The notes under the pieces were generated by a model. That model worked only from the letters and a program-made list of their open reading frames with translations, was not told where the DNA came from and ran no database searches. From Minisyncoccia bacterium (GTDB lineage: Bacteria > Patescibacteriota > Minisyncoccia > UBA6257 > JAAZHW01): a DNA stretch of 64,000 nucleotides. Positions 45,406 to 55,314 of the stretch are shown one piece after another (position 1 is the stretch's first letter; each line of letters begins with the position of its first letter). Location of the stretch: assembly GCA_041550235.1 (NCBI GenBank), contig JBFEPE010000002.1:909-64908 (forward strand), written 5' to 3'. The position numbers were made by a program, and so were the translations under genes.

Positions 45406-46299
45406 ATGAATTTTATAAAAATAAGAAAATATCCATATATTTTTTCAGGGTTGCTAATAATAGCAACAATTTTTGGGATGATTTATTTCGGTTTCAATTT
45501 AGGAATAGACTTCAAGGGTGGTTCATTATTAGAAATAAATCTAAACAAAGAAAATATATCATCAAGTGAAGTAGAGGAGATTATGAATAGTTTTGATTTA
45601 GGCGATAGCATAATCTCAAAAACGGAAAGAGGCAGTTTTATTATTAGAACAAAAGATATATCAGAAGAAACTCATCAAGAGATATTAAGCAATTTCAAAA
45701 ATAAATTTGAGAGGGCTGAAGAGGAAAGATTTGAATCAATAGGTCCTGCTATCGGGCAAGAACTCAGGCAAAAATCAATAACGGCGATGATTTTAGTTGT
45801 CGTAGGAATAGCACTTTATTTAGCATGGGCATTCAGAAAAGTATCTCGCCCAATGTCATCTTGGAAATATGGAATTGTAACAATCATTGCCCTCATTCAC
45901 GATGTTCTAATTCCCGCAGGTGTTTTTGTCTATCTTGGATATTTTTCAGGAATGGAAATAGATTCCTCGTTTATTGTTGCCATTCTCGTTGTATTAGGTT
46001 TTTCCGTCCATGATACAATTGTTGTTTTGGATAGGATAAGAGAGAAATTAAGCACTGAGCCAAAATTGGAATTTGGAGAAATAATCAATAAGAGCATCAA
46101 GGAGACATTAGTGAGGTCGTTCAACACATCCATAACATTAATATTTGTTTTAGTTGCCCTTCTTATTTTTGGACCCGCCTCTCTTTGGGGATTCACATTA
46201 GTTCTTCTTATTGGAACATTAGCAGGAACATATTCATCAATTTTCCTCGCCAGCCCACTCCTTTATGACTGGTATTTGAGAAGCAAGGCAAGGCGATAA
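45406..46299 (+). CDS. secF: protein translocase subunit SecF
   Basis: GIDFKGGSLLEINL and the six-TM domain. Confidence 0.85.
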   Translation: MNFIKIRKYPYIFSGLLIIATIFGMIYFGFNLGIDFKGGSLLEINLNKENISSSEVEEIMNSFDLGDSIISKTERGSFIIRTKDISEETHQEILSNFKNKFERAEEERFESIGPAIGQELRQKSITAMILVVVGIALYLAWAFRKVSRPMSSWKYGIVTIIALIHDVLIPAGVFVYLGYFSGMEIDSSFIVAILVVLGFSVHDTIVVLDRIREKLSTEPKLEFGEIINKSIKETLVRSFNTSITLIFVLVALLIFGPASLWGFTLVLLIGTLAGTYSSIFLASPLLYDWYLRSKARR

Positions 46300-46446
46300 G
46301 ATGATAGTTGGAATAATAAGTTTTGAATATAAAATACACTACCCCCCGCCACAGGCGGGGGTATTTTTATAATCATTTTTAAAATAATAAAAAAGAGAGA
46401 GGGCATCCGCTTTTTAGCAGACACCCCCTTTTCGGGATAGAAATCA

Positions 46447-46959
46447 TTAATCAAATAAATTTTTGTTCCAGTCGATAAGATACTGGCTATCGCCAGCAGG
46501 GAACTTGGATAATAAGTTTGTAAAAGAAAAGGTTGGCGTCTCTTGTTCACTAAGAGGATACATTGTCAGTTTTTTCAACCTCTCAATATTTTCTGAATCC
46601 GTTCTTTCTTTCCATTCTTTTATATAATTCCTCCATTCTTGAATAGAACTGATTTTAATGTGGGCAGGTTCAGCATTGAAATTTTCAATAACAAACTCAG
46701 TAAATCTCATCGTTTCTTGATCCCTTGTCTCACAAGTCTTATAAATATAAAATTCATTATCATGAAATATAAGTTCAAGCGGATAAAGATTTAATAATTT
46801 TTCATTGCTTTCCAAACCGCATTTTAATTTTATTAAATCTGGGCTTAGCAAAGAAACAATTATCTTTGTTTTTTTAGATTCAATACAAACAAAGTCTAAC
46901 ACTTTTTCTTTCCCGTCTGCATGGATTTTCCACCCATTATCTTCTCTTTTTATTTTCAT
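46447..46959 (-). CDS. hypothetical 170-aa protein
   Basis: Start moved to MKIKRED, which has the strong RBS AAGGAGGG. Confidence 0.45.
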   Translation of the reverse strand: MKIKREDNGWKIHADGKEKVLDFVCIESKKTKIIVSLLSPDLIKLKCGLESNEKLLNLYPLELIFHDNEFYIYKTCETRDQETMRFTEFVIENFNAEPAHIKISSIQEWRNYIKEWKERTDSENIERLKKLTMYPLSEQETPTFSFTNLLSKFPAGDSQYLIDWNKNLFD

Positions 46960-47125
46960 GATACCCTCCTTTTTTATAGCCATATCTTATTTAGTTTTAA
47001 TCTTGGCCTCTAACATCATATCACAAATAAAAAGTTTGTCAATAGCAGATATTTTTATATTTTTAAGCATATCTTTAGGAAAATAAGATTTTGAAAAACG
47101 GGAAGAAGGTATTATAATACATAAT

Positions 47126-48157
47126 ATGAGATTCTTAGGAGTAGATATTGGAACATCAAATATAAAAGTAGTTGAACTCTCATCATCAAGTGAGGGTCCA
47201 GTATTAGAGAACTATGGGATATTAGAAACCTATAGTTATTTAGAGCGACCAAATGCCGCTATCCAAACAAGCTACTTTAAAATTGTTGAAAAAAATACAG
47301 CAAATCTTTTTAAGGGTTTATTCAAAGAGATGAGGCCAAAGACAGATAATTCCATTATGTCTTTGCCTATTTTCTCAAGCTTTGTAACCGTTTTTGAATT
47401 ACCTCTCATGGATGAAAAAGAAATAGAAAAAGCAATTCCGTTTGAAGCAAAAAAATATATTCCGATGGACTTATCAGGATTAGAAGTTGATTGGGCGATA
47501 ATAGGAAGAAAAGGAAATAATATCAGTCAAATTTTATTAGTTGCTATATCAAAAGAATTAATTTCAAAATATAGCAATATTGCAAAACTGGCTAATTTAG
47601 ATATTGAGGCATATGAATTAGAAAGCGTTGCTTTTACAAGGTCATTATCTCAGGGAGAAAAGGAGCCGATAATCGTTGCTGATATTGGAAGTCAATCAAT
47701 GAATCTAATAACTATTGATAATGGATATTTGGTTGCCAATGAAAATCTCACGACTGCAGGGGCGGAGATTACTCATATTATATCAAGGTCATTGGGGATT
47801 TCTAAAGAAAGAGCGGAGGAATTTAAGAGGATAAAGGGGTTTAATGTTGAGCCACAAGAAAGAGAAGTGGTTAATTTGATGATGCCAATAATTGATTTTT
47901 TTGGAAATGAGATAGGTAGAGCGGCAAAACTTCATAAGAATAAGACAGGCAAGGATGTTAAGAAAATAATTTTGGCAGGTGGGTCGGCTAATCTACCGGG
48001 AATGGATGATTATTTATCAAATTATTTGAGTATGCCTGTTGAGAGGGCATGGCCATTTGCTGGAATTAAGTATGAATCATTTTTGGAGCCATTACTCCGA
48101 GAGGTTGGCCCGTCTCTCGCCTGCGCAGTTGGATTAGCAATGAGAGAATTGAGGTAG
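47126..48157 (+). CDS. pilM: type IV pilus assembly protein PilM (actin-like ATPase)
   Basis: MRFLGVDIGTSNIKVVEL. Confidence 0.8.
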   Translation: MRFLGVDIGTSNIKVVELSSSSEGPVLENYGILETYSYLERPNAAIQTSYFKIVEKNTANLFKGLFKEMRPKTDNSIMSLPIFSSFVTVFELPLMDEKEIEKAIPFEAKKYIPMDLSGLEVDWAIIGRKGNNISQILLVAISKELISKYSNIAKLANLDIEAYELESVAFTRSLSQGEKEPIIVADIGSQSMNLITIDNGYLVANENLTTAGAEITHIISRSLGISKERAEEFKRIKGFNVEPQEREVVNLMMPIIDFFGNEIGRAAKLHKNKTGKDVKKIILAGGSANLPGMDDYLSNYLSMPVERAWPFAGIKYESFLEPLLREVGPSLACAVGLAMRELR

Positions 48158-48208
48158 GCAAATCTTATCCACTTTTTGTTTGAGTGTTTGTATTGTATAA
48201 TTATAAAT

Positions 48209-48757
48209 ATGGCGGAAATGGGATTAATGGGATCACTTGAAAAAGAGAAATTGCCAAGCGGATGGCTCAATAAATTTATCCGATTTAGTGCTATATTATT
48301 AGTGATTGTTTTTATTGCCTATTTCGGATTACATTATGGATATGAAAGAGTTTTAGAAAGAAGAATTGCCGAAGTGGAGGATAATATAATTGGATTAGAA
48401 AAAGAAATCGCCTCTTCAGACAGAGAAGAAGTTTCCGTCTTCTATTCACAATTAATAAATTTGAGGGATTTATTAGAAGGACATATATACTCTTCGCAAG
48501 TTTTTCAAAGATTAGAATTAATTACTCATCCTCAAGTTGCCTTTACAAATTTTGATTATGATTTCAAGGAAGAAAGATTGAAGTTGGACGGATATTCTGC
48601 GAGTTTGTCTGCTATATCAGAGCAGATTTTGGCATTTCAAAGAACGGCTGATTTTAGAGAGATTGATATTTCTGATATTCGTCAAGCAGCTCAAGGTAGA
48701 ATCAATTTTTCAGCGGAGGTATTTTTCAACCCAAGATTAGTTTTGGATAAGATATAG
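48209..48757 (+). CDS. pilN: PilN-like bitopic protein
   Basis: Follows pilM. N-terminal TM with a coiled periplasmic region. Confidence 0.5.
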   Translation: MAEMGLMGSLEKEKLPSGWLNKFIRFSAILLVIVFIAYFGLHYGYERVLERRIAEVEDNIIGLEKEIASSDREEVSVFYSQLINLRDLLEGHIYSSQVFQRLELITHPQVAFTNFDYDFKEERLKLDGYSASLSAISEQILAFQRTADFREIDISDIRQAAQGRINFSAEVFFNPRLVLDKI

Positions 48758-48761
48758 TAAT

Positions 48762-49334
48762 ATGAAATATACGACGAGGAGAAATATAAGCTTATTAATA
48801 TCATTAGCCCTGATGGTTTCGGCATTAGTGGTATTCTTTAGTTTAGATTGGCCTACTATCAGCAATATATCAGAATCAAGTAAAAAATTATCACAAGTGA
48901 AGGCAAAATATGATGAGCAGTTCCAATCAGTTCAAGTCGCAAAATCAATCATCAATCAATACAAGTCATTATCAGGAGTGAGTCAAACAATATCTTTGAG
49001 TGTCCCACGAGGACCCGAAATTCAAAATGTAGTCGCTCAATTAGATAATTTAGCAAGTCAGAGCGGATTAGAGGTTCAAAGCATAAATTTTGACATGCCA
49101 ACTCTTTCTGCATTAGTGGCAGAGAGGGGAGACCAGTTGGCTAAGAAAAATAGGATATTGAACATATCGCTTTCTTTAAATGGTTCGTATGAGTCATTCA
49201 AGACATGGCTATCGTCAGTTGAGAGTAATATTAGATTGATGGATGTAGAAAATATATCTTTTGCTTCTTTGGGTGGAGCAACTGGTGTAGGAAGATTTAA
49301 TTTCAAGGTCTCTCTAAGTGCTTATTATCAATAG
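48762..49334 (+). CDS. pilO: PilO-like protein
   Basis: Synteny and TM + coiled-coil architecture. Confidence 0.45.
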   Translation: MKYTTRRNISLLISLALMVSALVVFFSLDWPTISNISESSKKLSQVKAKYDEQFQSVQVAKSIINQYKSLSGVSQTISLSVPRGPEIQNVVAQLDNLASQSGLEVQSINFDMPTLSALVAERGDQLAKKNRILNISLSLNGSYESFKTWLSSVESNIRLMDVENISFASLGGATGVGRFNFKVSLSAYYQ

Positions 49335-49462
49335 TAATAATTTTTGAAAATATCTCCCCTCGCCTACGGCGAGGGGAATAATCAAACCCGCCCGCCTGAG
49401 GCGGATGTGCCACCTTCGTCAGCCTTTGGCGGACTTCGGCGAGGCAAGGTAATATAAAAAAT

Positions 49463-49786
49463 ATGGAATTAGTTGAAGAAAAACCAAAAAAGAGAACATT
49501 TCTCTATATCATAATAATAGTTTTGATAATCGCTATTGGCATAGTTTATTTTGTTTTCTTCTCAAGCGGAGACGGATTGGGTGGAATTATTGGCGGTGGC
49601 GAAGTAGAGGATTTTTCATTGGTGCCAGAGGATTTACAGAAGGATGTTACTGGTGGTATTGTTGATTTGAAATTTACTCCGGAGGATATTTTACAAAATC
49701 CTGAATTTACTTCTTTGCAATCATATTCTGAACCAGTGGAATTAAGAACAATCCCCGGACGATCAAATCCATTCATTCCTTTTTAG
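49463..49786 (+). CDS. small single-TM Gly-rich protein (107 aa)
   Basis: ORF following pilO. Confidence 0.4.
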   Translation: MELVEEKPKKRTFLYIIIIVLIIAIGIVYFVFFSSGDGLGGIIGGGEVEDFSLVPEDLQKDVTGGIVDLKFTPEDILQNPEFTSLQSYSEPVELRTIPGRSNPFIPF

Positions 49787-49846
49787 ATTTTAGATTAGTT
49801 TTTTGATGAGGGGAGTAGTCGCATATATTTTAAAAAAATAATTAAT

Positions 49847-50881
49847 ATGGATAAAATAAAAATAGGGATAAATGGTTTGGGGAGGATTGGTCGGGCAATA
49901 TTAAAAATTGCTTATGAGAGACCAGAGATTGAAATAATCGCTGGCAATGATTTAGGCGACTTAGAAAATATCGCCTACTTATTAAAATATGATTCAGTAT
50001 ATGGAAAATGGGAAAAAAATGTTAAAGCCAATATTAAAGAAAATTGTTTAGAAATTGATAATAAAAAAATAAAAGTATTCAAAGAAGCCGACCCATCCAA
50101 ACTCCCATGGAAAAAACTTGATATAGACATAGCCGTTGAGGCAACTGGTGTTTTTGAATCATTTGAAAAATCAAAAGCCCATCTTTCTGCTGGAGCAAAA
50201 AGAGTAATTATTAGCACATCCGCAAAAGACGATGATTTAAGTTATAAATTAGGAGCAACTGTTGTTGTTGGTTCTAACGAAGAAGATTTAGAAAAAGTTA
50301 AAATTACAGCAAACGGTTCTTGCACAACCAATAGTGCAGTTCCAGTAATGGCTATTCTTTCTGAAATATTAGGAATTGAAAATGCACTTTTGAATACAAT
50401 TCATGCTTATACTGCTTCTCAAAGATTGGTTGATGGGCCTAATCCAAGAAATTGGCATTTAGGCAGAGCCGGTGCAATAAATTTAATCCCTACTTCCACA
50501 GGGGCAGCATCTGCAGTAGAAAAAGCAGTTAAGAATTTGAGATGTTCTTTTGATGGATTGGCAATTAGGATTCCTGTTCCAATTATATCATTGGCAGATA
50601 TCACATTTATTTCAAAAAAAGATACAACAAGAGAAGAGGTCAATAATATCTTAAAGAAGGCAGCCAATGAGCCAAGATGGAATAAGACATTTAGAATTGA
50701 GGAGGATCCAATTGTTTCTTCTGATTTGATAGGAGATAAGTTTGCTAGTGTTGCCGACCTTTCATTGACGAGGGTTTCGGGGAAAAGATTAGTCAAAGTT
50801 TTGGTTTGGTATGAGAATGAGTGGGGTTATTCAAATGGATTAGTTGAGCATATCATCAAGGCAGGCAGTTTTTTGAGATAG
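49847..50881 (+). CDS. gap: type I glyceraldehyde-3-phosphate dehydrogenase
   Basis: IGINGLGRIGR and active-site GSCTTNS. Confidence 0.9.
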   Translation: MDKIKIGINGLGRIGRAILKIAYERPEIEIIAGNDLGDLENIAYLLKYDSVYGKWEKNVKANIKENCLEIDNKKIKVFKEADPSKLPWKKLDIDIAVEATGVFESFEKSKAHLSAGAKRVIISTSAKDDDLSYKLGATVVVGSNEEDLEKVKITANGSCTTNSAVPVMAILSEILGIENALLNTIHAYTASQRLVDGPNPRNWHLGRAGAINLIPTSTGAASAVEKAVKNLRCSFDGLAIRIPVPIISLADITFISKKDTTREEVNNILKKAANEPRWNKTFRIEEDPIVSSDLIGDKFASVADLSLTRVSGKRLVKVLVWYENEWGYSNGLVEHIIKAGSFLR

Positions 50882-50929
50882 AGATGATGATTTTTGATAA
50901 TCAATAAAATCCCCAAAGAAAATCAAAAA

Positions 50930-51200
50930 ATAGAGATTAAATAGAAGCAAAAAAACAATACCCCCCCCGCCGCAGGCGGGGGGGGTATTGTCATTCCTGT
51001 CCGCCTGAGGCGGATTATACTCCGGCAGGAATCTAATTCTCCGCCGTAGGCGGACATTCTGCCCTCCATAGAGGGGTGGTTCGTCTCAGGCGGGACGGGC
51101 ATTGCCCTGCCGAAGCCCCTTGCCCTGCCGTAGCCCGCCGTAGGCGGACATTCTGCTTTAGCGAAGGCGGGTTGGCGAAGGCGGGGTGTTTCTCTAAAAT
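50930..51200. repeat. largest composite block of GC-hairpin modules in the window (at least 8 hairpins, several in reverse orientation)
   Basis: CCCCCCCGCCGCAGGCGGGGGGG, CCGCCTGAGGCGG, CCGCCGTAGGCGG, reverse complements of the CCACCCCTCTAT and ACACCCCG modules, CGAAGGCGGG x2. Confidence 0.7.
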
Positions 51201-51278
51201 AAAAAAATTACCACTCTCATCTATCTTTCTTGATAGATTTTGAGTGGCAAGTGATGTCTTTCTTACTACTATTACTTT

Positions 51279-51740
51279 TTATACATGCTTTTTGTCTATA
51301 AAAAACATGTTTGGCACATCCGCTCCTGGAAAAAAATCTCCAAAGATTTCTTTCTTTAAATTTTCGGCATCTAGCGAACTACCCCCCCATCCTAAAAAAA
51401 ATAATACCTTTTCTCCGAAGTGGGAATACTTTATGGACCCTCTTTCCTGTTGGGTAGGCATTTCCGTATAAGTCACAATCCTTTCATTATCATTATCACA
51501 GGTGACAATAAGAGTCGATGTTTTGTCAAGATCAACAGCAAATCGATATTTTTTAAAAAATGATTTGTCATTGTGATGAAAGGCACTTATAATCTCCCTT
51601 ACCCCTCTAACTACTTCTTCGTCGCTCATTGTGGGGAAAAGAAAATCCGCTAAACTAGGCGTAGGTGTTTCAACATAAATCTTGCCTTCTTTGTTCCATA
51701 TACGATCTAAGGCTTTTTGAAAAATATTTTTTTCTCCCAT
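51279..51740 (-). CDS. hypothetical 153-aa protein
   Basis: Start set at MGEKNIF, which has RBS AAGGAG 6 nt upstream. Confidence 0.5.
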   Translation of the reverse strand: MGEKNIFQKALDRIWNKEGKIYVETPTPSLADFLFPTMSDEEVVRGVREIISAFHHNDKSFFKKYRFAVDLDKTSTLIVTCDNDNERIVTYTEMPTQQERGSIKYSHFGEKVLFFLGWGGSSLDAENLKKEIFGDFFPGADVPNMFFIDKKHV

Positions 51741-51864
51741 GATTTTCTCCTTGTGATATTTGATTTTTAAACTACTCAATTATATTATAATATTATTATA
51801 ATTTGTCAATAATAAAAAAATCGCCCCCGAGAGAGCGACAACATCTTCCAGATGGAAGAAAGAA

Positions 51865-52020
51865 GAGTTAGCTTGTCATTTGACTACATGTTAGCACTTC
51901 TATTTTGTTTGTCAATATTAAAACTGTGGATAAGATTATGTGGATCCGGGGGGAATTCTCGCCAGAGGCGAGTCCGCCTTCGGCGGAGAACCCCCAAGAT
52001 GTTGGATGACAAGCCAACTC
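51865..52020. repeat. 156-bp element bounded by 15-bp inverted repeats GAGTTAGCTTGTCAT / ATGACAAGCCAACTC, containing a DnaA-box-like TGTGGATAA and nested GC hairpins
   Basis: Inverted repeats 14/15 complementary. Shares the CTTGTCA core with the MITE-like copies. Confidence 0.5.
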
Positions 52021-52083
52021 TCCCACCCGGCGGACCCAAATAATCATTAACTATTATAATTCAAAATTAATAATTAACAAAAT

Positions 52084-52341
52084 ATGAATCAAAATAAATT
52101 GAAGATAGGTTTAGTGGCGGCTAGGCCAAACTCAGAAAAAGAAGAAATAAAAAAGTTTTCGCAAAATAAAAAATCTGACACACTTCTTTTTCCAGAAGGA
52201 TTTTTGATCTCAGATAATCTATCCTTTGCTCAAGGAATAGCGAGAGAAAATAAAAAATGGATTATTTCAGGAATGGATGACAAAAGAGAAAAAGAGAAAA
52301 AGATAAAAAATTATGCCATTGCTTTTTTTCGCAGGGATTGA
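52084..52341 (+). pseudogene. N-terminal fragment (85 aa) of a carbon-nitrogen hydrolase (nitrilase-superfamily) gene
   Basis: KIGLVAARPNS..DTLLFPEGFL..WIISGMDDKREKEKKIKNYAIAF matches a CN-hydrolase N-terminus. The ORF runs into the convergent AlkD-like gene. Confidence 0.5.
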
Positions 52342-53008
52342 GGCATTTTCTCAATAGCATATCTTAATGCCGTGCGAGGCATCTTATTTTTATTTCTCAT
52401 AATAAAATCAAAAACTTCTTTTTGATAATAGACAGAAGCATCCTTTAACATCCAGCCATATCCCTTTTGAACCAAATCATCCTCGCCCAACATTATTTTT
52501 TTGGCGATTTCAAAAATATTTTTTAGAGGTATTTTTTCAGCAGGAATAAGGCTCACAGCAGATGCTCGTCTTACCCATCTATTATTGGAACTCGTCCATT
52601 TTTTTATTTCTAAAAATAATAAGGGAAATTTTTTAATTAAATAATTTATTGAATGAGTGCAAAAATCATCACACTTTGCCCAATTATTAATATATTTTTG
52701 TACCCATTTTTCAAACAGAAAAAATCATTTTTATCAAATCTATCTCTAAGATTAAACACCCAATTAAAGGCAATCATTGATAATTCATTATAATCCATTT
52801 TCAGCATCTCCTCTGATATTCCAAATACCTCTTTTTTATCCATTGTTTTTATTTCAGAGAAATATTTTTTGGCAATATTCCTTGTATTATTTGCCCTCAC
52901 TCCAAAAATAGTTATTTTTTCTTTGAAGTAATTTTCCGCCCCTCTTTTATATTCAATATCAATATTTTGCCTTAAGTCTTTTATTATGTTTTTTATTATC
53001 TCACTCAT
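52311..53008 (-). pseudogene. AlkD-family DNA alkylation repair protein interrupted by a single frameshift at an A6/T6 homopolymer (plus-strand A-run 52719-52724)
   Basis: ORFs 52646-53008 and 52311-52556 are joined by an open alternative frame (..FFLFEKWVQKYINNWAKCDDFCTHSINYLIKKFPLLFLEIKKWTSSNNRWVRRASAVSLIPAEK..). GYGWMLKD and MPRTALRYAIEKM motifs are present. Confidence 0.6.
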
Positions 53009-53130
53009 ATCATTATTTTAAATCATGAGGAGTCAAATGCCAAATTATAATTTTCCGCCATCCAATATCTTTGCCCTTCCTCTTGATTTGATGTAAAATA
53101 GAGGTGTCGTTTTAAAAAAAGTTTCTAATT

Positions 53131-53643
53131 ATGAATAAAAAGATTGTTGTGAGTGATAAAATGCAAAGTGGATATATTTATTATTTGACTGAGCCAATCG
53201 GTAGAAATTTTAATTCTGAATTTAAGCCGGAATTAACACCCAAAGAAATGTTGGAATTAGGAGTTTTTGGAGGGAGATATATGAGGGATTGCCGAAAAGA
53301 ATTTCCTAAGAGTTGGTATAAAAAAGCCAAACTTCATCCTGATGGGATGCCCGGAAATAGCCCAGAATTGAATTTATTTAAAGTGAATGCTAGTCAGCCC
53401 CTATCGGTTTGGCAAAAAAATGGATGGATTCATCCTGATGATCCTCGGGGTTGGTTTCAGTGGTATTGTAGGTATTATATGGGCAGAAGGCATGAGGACG
53501 ATGAGAGGCAAATAAAAAGATGGAAGGCGATTAAGAGACATATTGGTGCTTTGAAGAAAAATTGTCAGAAAGGAGATTTGACCTGCCGAGTAAAGCAAAG
53601 ACAAGTTCTTATCCATTGGGCTTATGATAGTCGCAAGATGTGA
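53131..53643 (+). CDS. conserved hypothetical protein (170 aa; FGGRYM and GWFQWYCRYYMGRR motifs)
   Basis: Coding-like composition. Family not recalled with confidence. Confidence 0.5.
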   Translation: MNKKIVVSDKMQSGYIYYLTEPIGRNFNSEFKPELTPKEMLELGVFGGRYMRDCRKEFPKSWYKKAKLHPDGMPGNSPELNLFKVNASQPLSVWQKNGWIHPDDPRGWFQWYCRYYMGRRHEDDERQIKRWKAIKRHIGALKKNCQKGDLTCRVKQRQVLIHWAYDSRKM

Positions 53644-53938
53644 TAATAAAAGGTTTTGAGATGATAGCAAAAATTTTGTCTAATGCAAATTAATTCTCAA
53701 ATGTCTTTGACTTTTGATTTATTTCATATAAAATAATCAATATATTGAAATAAATAATATATTTAATAACTTGAGATAGAATAATATTAATCCCCCCCCG
53801 CCATAGGCGGGAGGGGGATATAGGTGTATCATCTATTCAATATATTGAGATAAGATAATTTAAAGCAATACTATTATCTCTCCCCCGACTTCGTCGGGGG
53901 AGAGCATAGACATATCATTTATCAATCAAATAAAAATT

Positions 53939-54682
53939 ATGGAAAAGAGTAATTTAAAACAAGGATTTCAAGAGATGGAAAGAGACGGATTAATAAGCCC
54001 AATGGTTAAGGGATTAGTTGAAAACCGCTCTTATTTAGGTCATAGTTCATCAAGAAGCAATCCAAAAATGAAACAATTTATTGTTGGCTCAAAAGGAAAT
54101 TTAGAAATAATAAATTTAGATAAGACGGCTGAGTTTTTGTCAAAAGCAGTTGATGAGGTAAAAAAATTAGGAGGCGAAGGAAAGAGCATTTTTTTTGTTG
54201 GTTCTGACCCGATAATTAGAGATTTAATTGAAAAAATGGCAATTAAGGCAGAATCACCATATGTTATTGGTAGATGGTTGGGTGGTCTTTTGACAAATTT
54301 TAAAATACTCTCATCAAGATTGAAGCAATTTTTAGATTTACGAGATAAGGAGCAGAAAGGAGAATTAAAGAAATATACGAAGAAGGAGCAGGGTCAATTT
54401 AGGAAAAAGATTGAAAAATTATCGCGATTGTTTTATGGCTTGGAGAATTATAAAAGATTGCCGGATGCTATTATCTTGGTAAATATAAATCTTCATGAGA
54501 CGGCAATTGCTGAGGCGAAAATTATGAAAATACCGGTAATTGCAATTGTAGATACAGATTCAAATCCTGAAAAAGTAGATTATCCAATACCAGCCAGTGA
54601 TCAAGTGAGGTCAAGTGTTGAGTTTGTATTAAATAAATTAGTCGATGGTTATAATGAAGGCAGAAATGCTTTGAAAAAATAA
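53939..54682 (+). CDS. rpsB: 30S ribosomal protein S2
   Basis: LHETAIAEAKIMKIPVIAIVDTDSNPEKVDYPIPASD. Confidence 0.9.
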   Translation: MEKSNLKQGFQEMERDGLISPMVKGLVENRSYLGHSSSRSNPKMKQFIVGSKGNLEIINLDKTAEFLSKAVDEVKKLGGEGKSIFFVGSDPIIRDLIEKMAIKAESPYVIGRWLGGLLTNFKILSSRLKQFLDLRDKEQKGELKKYTKKEQGQFRKKIEKLSRLFYGLENYKRLPDAIILVNINLHETAIAEAKIMKIPVIAIVDTDSNPEKVDYPIPASDQVRSSVEFVLNKLVDGYNEGRNALKK

Positions 54683-54724
54683 TTAACCCGCCTTCGTTGA
54701 AACTTCGGCGGGCGAAGCAGAAAT

Positions 54725-55306
54725 ATGGATATAGAATTAATAAAAAAATTAAGGCAAAAGACAAGAGCATCATTGAAGGATTGCTCTTCAGCCCTTGAAG
54801 AGGCGGGAGGCGACATTGAAAAAGCGGAGGATCTTTTGAAGAGAAGGGGACAGGTTATTGCCTCCAAGAAAAGTGAAAGAGGAACAAGTTCGGGAATTAT
54901 CTATTCATATATTCACAGCAATAATAAGGTAGGTGTTCTTTTAGATTTGAGATGTGAGACTGATTTTGTAGCAAAAAATAACTTATTTAAAGAATTGGCT
55001 CATGAGTTGACCCTGCAAGTAGCGGCCATGAACCCGGAATTTGTTAGCCCCGAGGATGTTTCGGAGGAATATATTGAAAAAGAAAAAGCTGCTTACAGGG
55101 AGCAGATGAAGGATTCTGGCAAACCAGCAGATATTTTAGATAAAATCGCTGAGGGCAAGATTCAAAAAGAATTATCGGAATTGTGTCTTGTAAATCAAAA
55201 ATTTGTAAAAGATAATAATAAGATAATAAAAGAGGTAATTGATGAATATATAGCCAAAACAGGCGAGAATATCAAGGTGGAAAGATTTTGTCGCTTTGAA
55301 ATATAG
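54725..55306 (+). CDS. tsf: elongation factor Ts
   Basis: IELIKKLRQKTRASLKDCSSALEEAGGDIEKAEDLLKRRG. Confidence 0.9.
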   Translation: MDIELIKKLRQKTRASLKDCSSALEEAGGDIEKAEDLLKRRGQVIASKKSERGTSSGIIYSYIHSNNKVGVLLDLRCETDFVAKNNLFKELAHELTLQVAAMNPEFVSPEDVSEEYIEKEKAAYREQMKDSGKPADILDKIAEGKIQKELSELCLVNQKFVKDNNKIIKEVIDEYIAKTGENIKVERFCRFEI

Positions 55307-55314
55307 ATAATTAT

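Noticed and set aside
46263-46550. 95-aa minus-strand ORF
   Set aside because: Overlaps the 3' end of the better-supported 46447-46959 gene in another frame, and begins inside a hairpin repeat.
51852-52043. 63-aa ORF (MEERRVSLSF..)
   Set aside because: Lies wholly within the inverted-repeat-bounded repeat element. The translation is Arg/Gly-rich because of the GC hairpins, and there is no RBS.
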